DNA of 64,000 nucleotides from Candidatus Poribacteria bacterium (GTDB lineage: Bacteria; Poribacteria; WGA-4E; PCPOR2b): positions 5,248,001 through 5,312,000 of the forward strand of contig OZ220744.1 of assembly GCA_965116925.1 (NCBI GenBank), given 5' to 3'. A model generated the notes under the pieces. That model was not told the origin of the DNA and ran no database searches. It worked only from the letters and a program-made list of their open reading frames with translations. Positions 10,394-18,832 of the stretch are shown in pieces (positions within the stretch are counted from its first letter, which is position 1; every line of letters begins with the position of its first letter). A program made the position numbers and the translations under genes.

Positions 10394-11068
10394 TTAGAGC
10401 CGTCCGCCGGGTGTGTAGCCAACTCCTACCTTGACTTGAGTCCCTTCCATCTGCTCCACAACATGCTGGAAGCATTCCTCAACTGTTTTGAACGGGGAAT
10501 TTGGATATGTTTCGAGACTAAATCCTAAATCATTCGCGCCGAACATAAGCATATCGATGCCGGGCTTGGCGAGTTTCCGGGCGTTGATAATCGCATCAAC
10601 GGATTCCAGCTGCAAGCTGAGGATGCCGTTGTTATTCCACCATTCGGCGTACTCCAAGCGCTCCATATCTGGTTTGAAGCCATGCCCCGAACTGGGTCCC
10701 CAACTCCGTTTTCCAACCGGCGGATAGTAGAAGGCATCGATTGCTTCGTCAACCGTTGCTTCCGTTTCAACCTGCGGCACGACAATCGCCAATGGACCCA
10801 AATCGAGGATATTCCCAATGAGATAAGCGTTCCGTGTGTGTTTGATGCGTAACTGAACGGGCATCCCCAACTCTTCCAAGTTAGCGCAAAATGAAACGAG
10901 TTTCTCCTCATTGAATGCAGAGTGTTGAGCATCGGTTCCAATTAAATCGTAGGAGTCCTGACTGAGAATTGCTTCAAGTTCACTTTTTGAGGCACCTGTG
11001 GGTGCTCCGCCGATATTAATAATTTCGCTGTTGTGTATCCGTTGTTTCAACGTGAGTTGTTCTGACAT
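10394..11068 (-). CDS. HpcH/HpaI aldolase family protein
   Basis: DAQH, VPQVET, YYPPVGKRSWG, QLES, FGANDL. Confidence 0.85.
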   Translation of the reverse strand: MSEQLTLKQRIHNSEIINIGGAPTGASKSELEAILSQDSYDLIGTDAQHSAFNEEKLVSFCANLEELGMPVQLRIKHTRNAYLIGNILDLGPLAIVVPQVETEATVDEAIDAFYYPPVGKRSWGPSSGHGFKPDMERLEYAEWWNNNGILSLQLESVDAIINARKLAKPGIDMLMFGANDLGFSLETYPNSPFKTVEECFQHVVEQMEGTQVKVGVGYTPGGRL

Positions 11069-11101
11069 ATCTATGCTTTCTCCTTAATTTGTTGATCATA
11101 T

Positions 11102-11412
11102 TAACCCATGGTGCTAGTTTGCAACTGTTGGTAACGTGAAACGTGATGCGTAAAAATCATTGGTTCAGCGGTTCATTTAGCCCCAGCGGGGCGATATGTA
11201 TATAGCACATCGGTAAACCAATTCCCTAAAGCCCCAGCGGGGCGACATGTGTTGGATTGAGTAGACACACGATAAATCCAGAAAACCATTACTTGCAATG
11301 AATTGACAAAACTACCGGATATTTGCGGTTATGGCTTGGATATGTCTATCCAAGTCTTGGACCCTCGGCGAAGTCGGAGCCGAGCGGGTTTTATAACTAG
11401 CAACTTGCGTTA
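11102..11412. mobile_element. putative MITE with TAAC(G/C)CA..TGCTAGT-type inverted termini
   Basis: TAACCCATGGTGCTAGT ... ACTAGCAACTTGCGTTA; right end identical to the element at 18443-18791; contains two GCCCCAGCGGGGCGA palindromes. Confidence 0.55.
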
Positions 11413-11613
11413 TAGGTAGTTAGATTGAACAGGAACCGCGAACCCCAGCCCCCATGGCTAATCTCTATACCCGTAGGTTGGGCATCTTGCCCAACCATGT
11501 ATCGGGGTTAAGGTAGTAGACATATTGCTTTGAATCCTGATCGCAGCATCGGAGCAATAATCCGCGCAATCCGCGTCATCTGTTTAATCCGCGATTCAGA
11601 CAATGCACCATAG

Positions 11614-11732
11614 AGTAGGCATACTCCGTATGCCGTAACGATGAACCACCATGGTAGTAGGCATACTCCGTATGCCGTAACGATAAACCACCATGGTAGT
11701 AGGCATACTCCGTATGCCGTAACGATAAACCA
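11614..11732. repeat. 42-bp tandem repeat (about 2.8 copies) built on a GTAG-led hairpin
   Basis: AGTAGGCATACTCCGTATGCCGTAACGAT(G/A)AACCACCATGGT starting at 11614, 11656 and 11698. Confidence 0.9.
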
Positions 11733-11895
11733 ATAAACAATGTGAAAACAATCCCCTCACCAACTATGGTGAATTCAAAAAATAAAGGGACACCTTCACC
11801 CCCGGTAGGTGCGGTTTTCAACCGCACCGGTTTGGAGTGTCTCATTAATTCTAAGATCTACTATAATACCAAAGGCAGCAATCCTCTGTTTGGAC

Positions 11896-13230
11896 CTAGT
11901 AAAGTCCAAGGTAGTTATCGGTTTCCCACTGACTGATGCTCTGATGGTAACTCCGCCACTCTTCACGCTTGACTTCGATGTAATAGGGAGCATATTCAGG
12001 TCCAAGCGCGCCCTGAATGACCTCATCCGCTTCCAGACAGTCGAGTGCTTGGCTGAGTGTTCTTGGTAGCACGCCAATACCGCGTCGTTGGAGTTCGTCC
12101 AGTGGCACTTCATAGAGGTTATCGTCATTGCGCGTGCCGGGATCAATCTGGTTCTCGATACCATCGAGCCCGGCGGCGAGCGTCGCTGCCATAGCGAGAT
12201 ATGGGTTGGCGGCACCGTCCCCCGAACGATTTTCAATCCGTCCGGCATCAGGGATACGAATCATCTGCGTCCGGTTGCTACCCCCATAGGTGATATAAAC
12301 AGGTGCCCACGTCGCACCGGAGCGAGGAGCACCAGAGATCAGCCGTTTGTAGCTATTGACGAGAGGGTTGGTAACAGCGACGAGTGCTTTGGCGTGGTGG
12401 AGAATGCCGCCCATGAACCAGTAGGCGAGTTGTGACAGCCCGTTTTCATCGGATTCATCGAGGAAGTGATTGGTCTGGTTTTCCGGATCCCACAGACTCA
12501 TGTGAAAATGTGCGCCATTCCCAGTTAAGTTTGCAAACGGCTTGGGCATGAAGGTCGCCGTCAGTCCCTGCTCTTCAGCAACGGTCTTGACCATCCACTT
12601 GAAAAAGGTGTGCCGATCTGCGGTGGTCAACGCATCGGAATAGAGCCAGTTGAGCTCAAACTGACAGTTGGCGTCCTCATGGTCGTTGGCGTATGGACCC
12701 CAACCTAACCCCTGTAGGTACTTAATCAGGGTGGTCATCGTATCGAGGTTACGGTGGAGTGCCCGCAGGTCATAACAGGGCTTGCCCAGCGTATCGAGTG
12801 GATCCCACGGCGCATAGCTGCCATCCTCTCCCTGTTTCAACAACATGAACTCTGCCTCGACACCGACGTTGAAGAGGTAGCCTTTCTGTTTGGCTTTCTC
12901 CAATTCCCGCTGCAAAATGGTGCGTGGGCAATAGGGCCAAGCCTCGTCACCCACATGCACATTTCCCGCTAACCACGCCACATTTTCGCGCCACGGCACG
13001 ATTGTGAGTGAGTCAAAATCGGGGAGGCTTGCCATGTCCGGATCATGCGGTCCCTGTCCCATTTCACCTGCCGCAAACCCGGCAAAGCCAGCACCCTCTT
13101 CCGCCATGTCATCAATATGCGTCGTCGGCACCACCTTCGCTTTTGGTGCGCCAGCCATTTCTACAAAGGAACAGAGGAAAAACTCGATTCCCTGCTCTGC
13201 GACTAACGTTTTAACCTCGTCTAACGTCAT
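11896..13230 (-). CDS. gmaS: type III glutamate-ammonia ligase / gamma-glutamylmethylamide synthetase
   Basis: GAGFAGFA, DHEDANCQFE, FMPKPF, NSYKRL, RIENR; downstream of mgsABC-like genes. Confidence 0.8.
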   Translation of the reverse strand: MTLDEVKTLVAEQGIEFFLCSFVEMAGAPKAKVVPTTHIDDMAEEGAGFAGFAAGEMGQGPHDPDMASLPDFDSLTIVPWRENVAWLAGNVHVGDEAWPYCPRTILQRELEKAKQKGYLFNVGVEAEFMLLKQGEDGSYAPWDPLDTLGKPCYDLRALHRNLDTMTTLIKYLQGLGWGPYANDHEDANCQFELNWLYSDALTTADRHTFFKWMVKTVAEEQGLTATFMPKPFANLTGNGAHFHMSLWDPENQTNHFLDESDENGLSQLAYWFMGGILHHAKALVAVTNPLVNSYKRLISGAPRSGATWAPVYITYGGSNRTQMIRIPDAGRIENRSGDGAANPYLAMAATLAAGLDGIENQIDPGTRNDDNLYEVPLDELQRRGIGVLPRTLSQALDCLEADEVIQGALGPEYAPYYIEVKREEWRSYHQSISQWETDNYLGLY

Positions 13231-13290
13231 TATAATGGCTCCTTTCTCATTGCTGTTGGAAAAGCTTCAATCTTTTTGATAAGGTAAGCA

Positions 13291-14634
13291 TTACTCCCGT
13301 TCCTTCCACCCCGGTCCGCCGCCAAACACACGGTTCGTTCCGACGAGCGGAATGCCACAAATCATTGATGCCTCCAAATTCAACGCCCGGAGGTCTTCAG
13401 GGTCGAGATCATGTACATCTGCCTTACCGCAAGCGCGGGCGAGGATCTGAATCTCTGAAGTCATCGCCTGCAGCAGGTTGGCGACGCGCTCTGACGCTTC
13501 GTCAATATCAAGACGTTTCATCAGGTCGGGATCCTGCGTTGTGATCCCGACAGGACAACGTCCCGTGTGGCAGTGGTGGCAGTGGTACGGTTCAGTGCCG
13601 AGTTCTTGATAATCTTCGATATGGATAGGTTTGTTGCAGTTGAGCGCCATCAACGCCGCTGTGCCAATGTATACAGCGTCCGCACCGAGTGCCATAGCCT
13701 TTGCTGCGTCCACACCGTGTCGGATGCCGCCTGCGATGATGAGCTGCACTTCGCCGTACAATCCGAGGTCTTCGAGCGCTGCGCGTGCCTCACATACGGC
13801 GGCAAGCGTTGGAACCCCTGTGTGCTCCTGACAGATTTCGGCGGAGGCACCGGTGCCGCCTTCCATTCCGTCCACGACGATGACATCGGCACCCGCCTTT
13901 GCTGCCAACTTCACGTCGTCGAATACCCGCGTTGCTCCCATCTTCACGAAGATCGGCACCTGCCAGTCGGTCGCCTCCCGTAATTCCTCGATCTTGATAA
14001 TCATGTCGTCGGGACCGAGGAAGTCGGGATGCCGCGCCGGGCTGCGCTGATCGACGCCGAGAGGTAGATCGCGCTGTTCCGCAACCGTATCCAACACCTT
14101 TGAACCGAGCAACAATCCCCCTGTTCCAGGCTTCGCGCCCTGTCCAATCGTCAACTCGATACCATCCGCCATCTGTAGGTGGTGCACATCAATACCGTAG
14201 CGGGAGGGTAGCACCTCGTAGATCAGTGTCCGGCTCTGCTCACGCTCCGCCATCAGCATCCCGCCGTCGCCGGTGGTGTTGGACGAACCGACGATATTCG
14301 CGCCTTTTGCTAGCGCGACCTTCGCGTTGTAGGAGAGCGCGCCCCAACTCATGCCGGTGATCATGATAGGAACATCAAGTTCTATCGGTTTTTCGGCGAA
14401 GCGGGTGCCGAGAACAGTTTTGGGGGAACAGCGTTCCCGATAGCCTTCGAGTGGGATGCGGGTCAGGGTACAGGGGATAAAGGTCAGGTCATCAAACGTC
14501 GCCCATCGCCGCTCACGCAACGTTCCAAATCCGCGGATACGGTATCGTCCTAACTCCGCTTTGACTTGGATATCTTCGATGATGTCAGGGGTGAATGTTC
14601 CGCTAGTTCGGAGGTAATCTGATTTGTCTGGCAT
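13291..14634 (-). CDS. mgsC: FMN-binding glutamate synthase family protein (N-methylglutamate synthase subunit C / GlxD)
   Basis: GMSWGALS, GQGAKPGTGG, DQRSPARHPD, CHHCHTGRCPVGITTQ. Confidence 0.82.
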   Translation of the reverse strand: MPDKSDYLRTSGTFTPDIIEDIQVKAELGRYRIRGFGTLRERRWATFDDLTFIPCTLTRIPLEGYRERCSPKTVLGTRFAEKPIELDVPIMITGMSWGALSYNAKVALAKGANIVGSSNTTGDGGMLMAEREQSRTLIYEVLPSRYGIDVHHLQMADGIELTIGQGAKPGTGGLLLGSKVLDTVAEQRDLPLGVDQRSPARHPDFLGPDDMIIKIEELREATDWQVPIFVKMGATRVFDDVKLAAKAGADVIVVDGMEGGTGASAEICQEHTGVPTLAAVCEARAALEDLGLYGEVQLIIAGGIRHGVDAAKAMALGADAVYIGTAALMALNCNKPIHIEDYQELGTEPYHCHHCHTGRCPVGITTQDPDLMKRLDIDEASERVANLLQAMTSEIQILARACGKADVHDLDPEDLRALNLEASMICGIPLVGTNRVFGGGPGWKERE

Positions 14635-14651
14635 AGTAAAAATTTCTTTTG

Positions 14652-14739
14652 TTATAACGCCTCTCGCCACACGGCTCGCTCGTCCTTGTCGATGTTCCAC
14701 AGCTTGCGCCCGGAGACGATTTTTTTTGAAATTACGAAT
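14652..14739 (-). repeat. degenerate duplicate of the mgsB 3' end
   Basis: Encodes IRNFKK(+1 nt)IVSGRKLWNIDKDERAVWREAL* versus IHNFKKVVSGRKLWNFDKDERAVWREAL* at 15111-15198. Confidence 0.9.
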
Positions 14740-14740
14740 T

Positions 14741-15082
14741 TCAACTTACATCTTGTATAGATGGTTTTTTAGTATAAAGTTCTTCCACCCTCACCTTTAC
14801 CTGTGTATTGTCGGAGAATAGAATAGCGGCACTGGAGCCATTGTCCTCAATGTGAATGGAGGAAAAGCGCACATCCGTTGGTATCGCGGAGATAACCTCA
14901 ATCTGTTCGGGACGAATTGCTTCAACTAAACCTTTTGTTGTTCCTTCGTCGGTGACAATCTCAATGTCGTAGGCTTCATAGGGTGTCGTGTAGACTTCCA
15001 CCACCGCCCCTTTCTCACCCTTCTGGAAACCGTTGATAGCCTCCAGCAGCACGACTGTATCATATCGTTTTGCCTTCACCAT
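14741..15082 (-). CDS. DUF4926-like small protein
   Basis: YDTVVLLEAINGFQKGEKGAVVEVY...AYDIEI pattern; start refined to ATG 15082. Confidence 0.65.
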   Translation of the reverse strand: MVKAKRYDTVVLLEAINGFQKGEKGAVVEVYTTPYEAYDIEIVTDEGTTKGLVEAIRPEQIEVISAIPTDVRFSSIHIEDNGSSAAILFSDNTQVKVRVEELYTKKPSIQDVS

Positions 15083-15110
15083 CTTCTTAACCCGTTCAGA
15101 GGACGTAAAT

Positions 15111-15821
15111 TCATAGTGCCTCTCGCCATACTGCTCGCTCGTCCTTGTCGAAATTCCAGAGTTTGCGCCCGGAGACGACTTTCTTGAAATTGTGGATAAC
15201 GGTCTGTGAATTGCCAACTTTGGAAGGGAGATGCTGAGACAGTGCGGATTTGAGGAAGGTCAGATCTTCTGCGGTCGGTTCTTCAATCACGGCGTCGTTG
15301 CCGAGTTCAGCGATGTCCCCGCCGACAAAACAAACCGCTTCATACATCGAATCAGCAAACGCTTCGCCGGTATCTCCGCAGACAATGATTGTCCCCCGCT
15401 GCGCCATGAAACCCGCCATGTAACCGCAGTTGCCGCCGACAATAATCAGTCCACCTTTCATCGAAACGCCTAGCCGTGAAGCTGCATCGCTACGAACCAC
15501 AACCGTCCCACCTCGGATTGAAGCCGCTGCGCCGTTGCCCGCATTCCCTTCGACGATAACCGTGCCGCCCATCATGGACTCTGCCAATCCCCAACCCGCG
15601 CTCCCTTTGATTTCGACGGTGGGACCATCAACCATCCCTGCACAGTAGTAGCCAACACTTCCGTCGAAGGTCAGCTTAACCGACTGTAGGATCGCCACGC
15701 CTAAGTTATGCCGGGCAACAGGGTTTGTCATGCGGATATCGGTTTCGCCAGCCGCGATGAGGCGTTTAATTTCCGTGTTGATGTCGCGGGTCGTTTTACC
15801 GTCACAGATTATCTCTGCCAT
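15111..15821 (-). CDS. mgsB: GXGXG beta-helix protein (N-methylglutamate synthase subunit B / GlxC)
   Basis: GSVGYYCAGM, repeated GG.V.V.G motifs, KGG.IIVGG..GYMAGFMAQ. Confidence 0.82.
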   Translation of the reverse strand: MAEIICDGKTTRDINTEIKRLIAAGETDIRMTNPVARHNLGVAILQSVKLTFDGSVGYYCAGMVDGPTVEIKGSAGWGLAESMMGGTVIVEGNAGNGAAASIRGGTVVVRSDAASRLGVSMKGGLIIVGGNCGYMAGFMAQRGTIIVCGDTGEAFADSMYEAVCFVGGDIAELGNDAVIEEPTAEDLTFLKSALSQHLPSKVGNSQTVIHNFKKVVSGRKLWNFDKDERAVWREAL

Positions 15822-15856
15822 ACACTTACATCCTTTGCTTGTGCTTCACGCACCTC
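15809..15856 (-). repeat. duplicate of the mgsA 3' end (also carries the mgsB start codon)
   Basis: 42/48 identical to 17497-17544; EVREAQAKDVSVWQR* versus DVREAQAKDVNVWQR*. Confidence 0.9.
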
Positions 15857-15866
15857 ATAGGGGCTC

Positions 15867-16823
15867 TCAGAAACGAATCTCTAATTGTTCAGAAGAATTC
15901 TGCTGTTCATCGGATGACAATTCCATTTTTGCAGCAGAAATAAGTTCCTCTACACCATCATCAGGATCGAAGCACTCACCACCCAGATCAATTAGATCCG
16001 CATTACCTTTTGGGGGATTGTCGAAGCATTCTGGATTTAAGACAAACAGCGGTAAGTTCATGCTGAGAGCCGTTTGGGCGGTGTTGAAAGTTCCGGACAT
16101 CTTACCTTGGGTATCTCGCTCAAGCCCTGATTCAATCACGACGACAGCCTTGGAGAGCCCACAAACAAGCTTATTCCGAACCATCGCATTGCGAGCCAAC
16201 CATTTGACATCTGGGTCAAATTGCGAAACCACCAGCACATCCCGCTGCCAGTCAAAATCCTTAAACGCGCTTTTCTGACGCAGTTCCTTGATGCCGTAAG
16301 GCAGCACCATTGTCGTCGTCCCTTCTGCAGCTAACGCACCCAAGTGGGCTTCAGAGTCCACCCCTTTGGCGTATCCAGAGACAACATTTAATTCCGCGTT
16401 TGCAAGTTCGACGGCAAGTTTCCGCGCAACGCAGATTCCCGTATCTGATACATGCCGCGATCCTACGATTGCGATCCCATCGGAATTAAGAAGTTTTCGT
16501 TGCCCCTTGATGAACAGCATCGGTGCGATTTCAAGAAGATGTGGAGGGAAATCAGGATGCCTTGGGTAGATAAACTCAACGCCTTGCGTTTTGAGTTGCT
16601 CGTACTCCGTATATGCCTTATCACTATCTGCTGCGCGAATTTTTCCGTTAAGGATTTTCGATAAGTCTGGAAATTGAACTGAGAGATCACTTTGACTCCG
16701 CGGCAACATTTCAGGCTGACAATCTTCCTTTTCGAGTATCTTGGCGATTGAAATCAGAGACTTGGGGCCAATTCCGCGTGCCTTAAAGAGTCGAAACCAA
16801 AAATAATCTCTTTCAATACTCAT
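15867..16823 (-). CDS. DprA/Smf-like Rossmann-fold protein (ShosA-like)
   Basis: IAIVGSR, VVSGYAKGVDSEAH, AMVRNKLVCGLS, SGTFNTA. Confidence 0.85.
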   Translation of the reverse strand: MSIERDYFWFRLFKARGIGPKSLISIAKILEKEDCQPEMLPRSQSDLSVQFPDLSKILNGKIRAADSDKAYTEYEQLKTQGVEFIYPRHPDFPPHLLEIAPMLFIKGQRKLLNSDGIAIVGSRHVSDTGICVARKLAVELANAELNVVSGYAKGVDSEAHLGALAAEGTTTMVLPYGIKELRQKSAFKDFDWQRDVLVVSQFDPDVKWLARNAMVRNKLVCGLSKAVVVIESGLERDTQGKMSGTFNTAQTALSMNLPLFVLNPECFDNPPKGNADLIDLGGECFDPDDGVEELISAAKMELSSDEQQNSSEQLEIRF

Positions 16824-16872
16824 CTGCTCGTCCTTGCTTGAGTAAGCGTTAGTAGCCCTAGAACTTACAGTT

Positions 16873-17475
16873 TCAATCTTTGCCTGTCCGAGTAAGCGTT
16901 AAGACAAACGCATGACGTACACTGCCCTGTTCATAGAGAATATTGGTTGCTTCCGTCAAGGTTGTCCCTGAATCATAGAGATCATCAAATAGCAATACCC
17001 AGCGTCTCTGCAAATCCTGAGATTGGACAACAAACGCCCCTTGAATTTCCGCCTGTTTACTTTCTACGTCTAAAAGATTCTTGAGCAATACCGTCTGTTT
17101 TACCTTAGTCAGATAATGGGTGTGAACTGGTCGATTCAGTAGAATTCCTATTTTCGCTGCGATTTCAGTAACGGGTTGAAAAGACCTATTTGTATCTGAA
17201 GGCGGAATAGGAATGATTGCATTCAGATAACGGTGGACTAGGTCACCATTAACTATAAATTCTTCTCTGACAAATTGAGCCGCGATTTCTGCGATGGATT
17301 GAATCTTGCTCCGGTCATGGCGATATTTGACTTGGAAAACCAATTCGCCAATTTCAGTGCGTTCTGTGTCATACGTTCCATCTGGCAAGAGATGGCTTGA
17401 TACCGTGTGGAAATCCAAGGCATATCCTGCCCGCCACCTCCCATGAATTTCCTGCGGGTTGATTTGTATGTTCAT
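16873..17475 (-). CDS. ComF-like phosphoribosyltransferase (ShosT-like PRTase)
   Basis: IIPIPPS, VLLFDDLYDSGTTL PRPP-binding loop; no N-terminal Zn ribbon. Confidence 0.8.
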   Translation of the reverse strand: MNIQINPQEIHGRWRAGYALDFHTVSSHLLPDGTYDTERTEIGELVFQVKYRHDRSKIQSIAEIAAQFVREEFIVNGDLVHRYLNAIIPIPPSDTNRSFQPVTEIAAKIGILLNRPVHTHYLTKVKQTVLLKNLLDVESKQAEIQGAFVVQSQDLQRRWVLLFDDLYDSGTTLTEATNILYEQGSVRHAFVLTLTRTGKD

Positions 17476-17496
17476 TTTTATGGATTCATTATTCCT

Positions 17497-18405
17497 TTAC
17501 CTCTGCCATACATTCACATCCTTTGCTTGTGCTTCGCGTACATCGCAGCTGTCCCCGAAGGCAGACCGGATCGCAATCTCTTCAGTTACGACAGCGACAA
17601 AATCATCCGTTTCGGTAAAGAGTAGCGGTTTGAAGGCGAAGGGATCTTTGGCAAACCCGATATAGTTCTCTGTCGCTGCGAGATAACTGAAGGAGCCGTC
17701 CAAATCGGTAAGCGACGCATCTAACGCCTCTTTGAACTCCAGCCCCTGAGACAGTTGGTCGGCGAGATAGACGCCGATAACTTCGGAGTCATTTTCCGTA
17801 TAGAATCTGACACCGCGCTGCTCATAGATGCAGCGTAATTTGTGGTAGTTTGTGATATGTCCGTTGTGGACGATGGCGAGGTCAGGATAATTGTGGGCCC
17901 AAAAGGGTTGCGAGTGGCTCAGATCCACCCGACTCTCTGTCGAAAGGCGGGTGTGTCCCAAACCGTGTGTCCCTTGGAATGTAGAGACACTGTGGGTCGC
18001 ATCGAGGTTTTGGGGTGTGCCCACCTGCTTGACGATTTCGAGTTCACGTCCCATGCTGACAACTTCGATGTCCTCATCTAAGGACTCAATGAATTGCGTC
18101 AGCGATGTTGCCTCCCCTTGCAGATCGATGACCAGCCGTAGATACTCGGCGGTTGCTTTCACTTCCTGCACCGAGCCGAATGCCTTGACCCCCTCTGCAA
18201 TTGAAGTGCCTCTCTCAACTGCACCATTAAGTTCTCCCAGTTTTACCTGCAGCGTGAACGCACCATTTTCTGGAGGTCCATAAAGCGCGACACCCGCCGA
18301 ATCCGGTCCCCGCACTCCCAACGCCGTGAGCATTGTGAGAACGGTCTTGCCCACAGGCGCGTTGCTATTTTGCGTTTTATCTAAAAAGCCAACAATACCA
18401 CACAC
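17497..18405 (-). CDS. mgsA: class II glutamine amidotransferase (N-methylglutamate synthase subunit A / GlxB)
   Basis: N-terminal MCGIVG (GTG start, GGAG RBS), RGPDSAG, GHTRLSTES, VHNG, NDSEV. Confidence 0.82.
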   Translation of the reverse strand: MCGIVGFLDKTQNSNAPVGKTVLTMLTALGVRGPDSAGVALYGPPENGAFTLQVKLGELNGAVERGTSIAEGVKAFGSVQEVKATAEYLRLVIDLQGEATSLTQFIESLDEDIEVVSMGRELEIVKQVGTPQNLDATHSVSTFQGTHGLGHTRLSTESRVDLSHSQPFWAHNYPDLAIVHNGHITNYHKLRCIYEQRGVRFYTENDSEVIGVYLADQLSQGLEFKEALDASLTDLDGSFSYLAATENYIGFAKDPFAFKPLLFTETDDFVAVVTEEIAIRSAFGDSCDVREAQAKDVNVWQR

Positions 18406-18442
18406 CCTTAGCTTCTCCTTGATTGTGCTTTAGGCTATATTT

Positions 18443-18791
18443 AGCCCAAGTTGCTAGTTATTAAAAATCCATCAGAACCTGTAGGTCGAGATTCACATCT
18501 CGACAAAATACCACATATTACCGATTGCCTGTAACTGCCCGCTTCATCAGTCTTTTTGTAGTTGCCTGATTTATCAGGCGTTTTTTTCTGTATTTGCTCC
18601 TGATTTGTCGGGATTCCAACCTGTCGAGACTATGCGTTAAAGTCATTATTCCTGCTAATATCCTGTAGGTCGAGATTCACATCTCGACACTAAACCGTCG
18701 ATTTTGGAAAATCGACCTACAGAAATGATACAATTTGCACAGACATTGAGGACTATTGGTTTGAATATGCTTGCTACTAGCAACTTGCGTT
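18443..18791. mobile_element. MITE with inverted termini and ATATTT target duplication, containing GTAG hairpins
   Basis: AGCCCAAGTTGCTAGT ... ACTAGCAACTTGCGTT; ATATTT at 18437-18442 and 18792-18797. Confidence 0.65.
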
Positions 18792-18832
18792 ATATTTGAG
18801 TTGTAAACAGTCACAGTTTTAAGCGAGTTAAA

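Noticed and set aside
11614..11732. CRISPR array
   Set aside because: Units are 42-bp tandem copies with near-identical linkers, no unique spacers, no cas genes
11576..11936. Short ORFs 11576-11845 and 11742-11936 (LRHTEYAYY repeats)
   Set aside because: They are translations of the palindromic DNA repeats, with no RBS or protein motif
14635..14700. N-terminal extension of mgsC in the ORF track
   Set aside because: It runs through the duplicated mgsB 3' end; ATG 14634 is the more plausible start
15867..17475. Natural-competence dprA/comF locus
   Set aside because: Missing ComF Zn ribbon and typical DprA C-terminal domain; inserted in a metabolic operon between direct repeats
11896..18405. 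Ordinary glnA plus fragmented gltB pseudogene
   Set aside because: Three intact stand-alone domain genes next to a type III ligase is the known mgsABC/gmaS (glxBCD/glnT) arrangement
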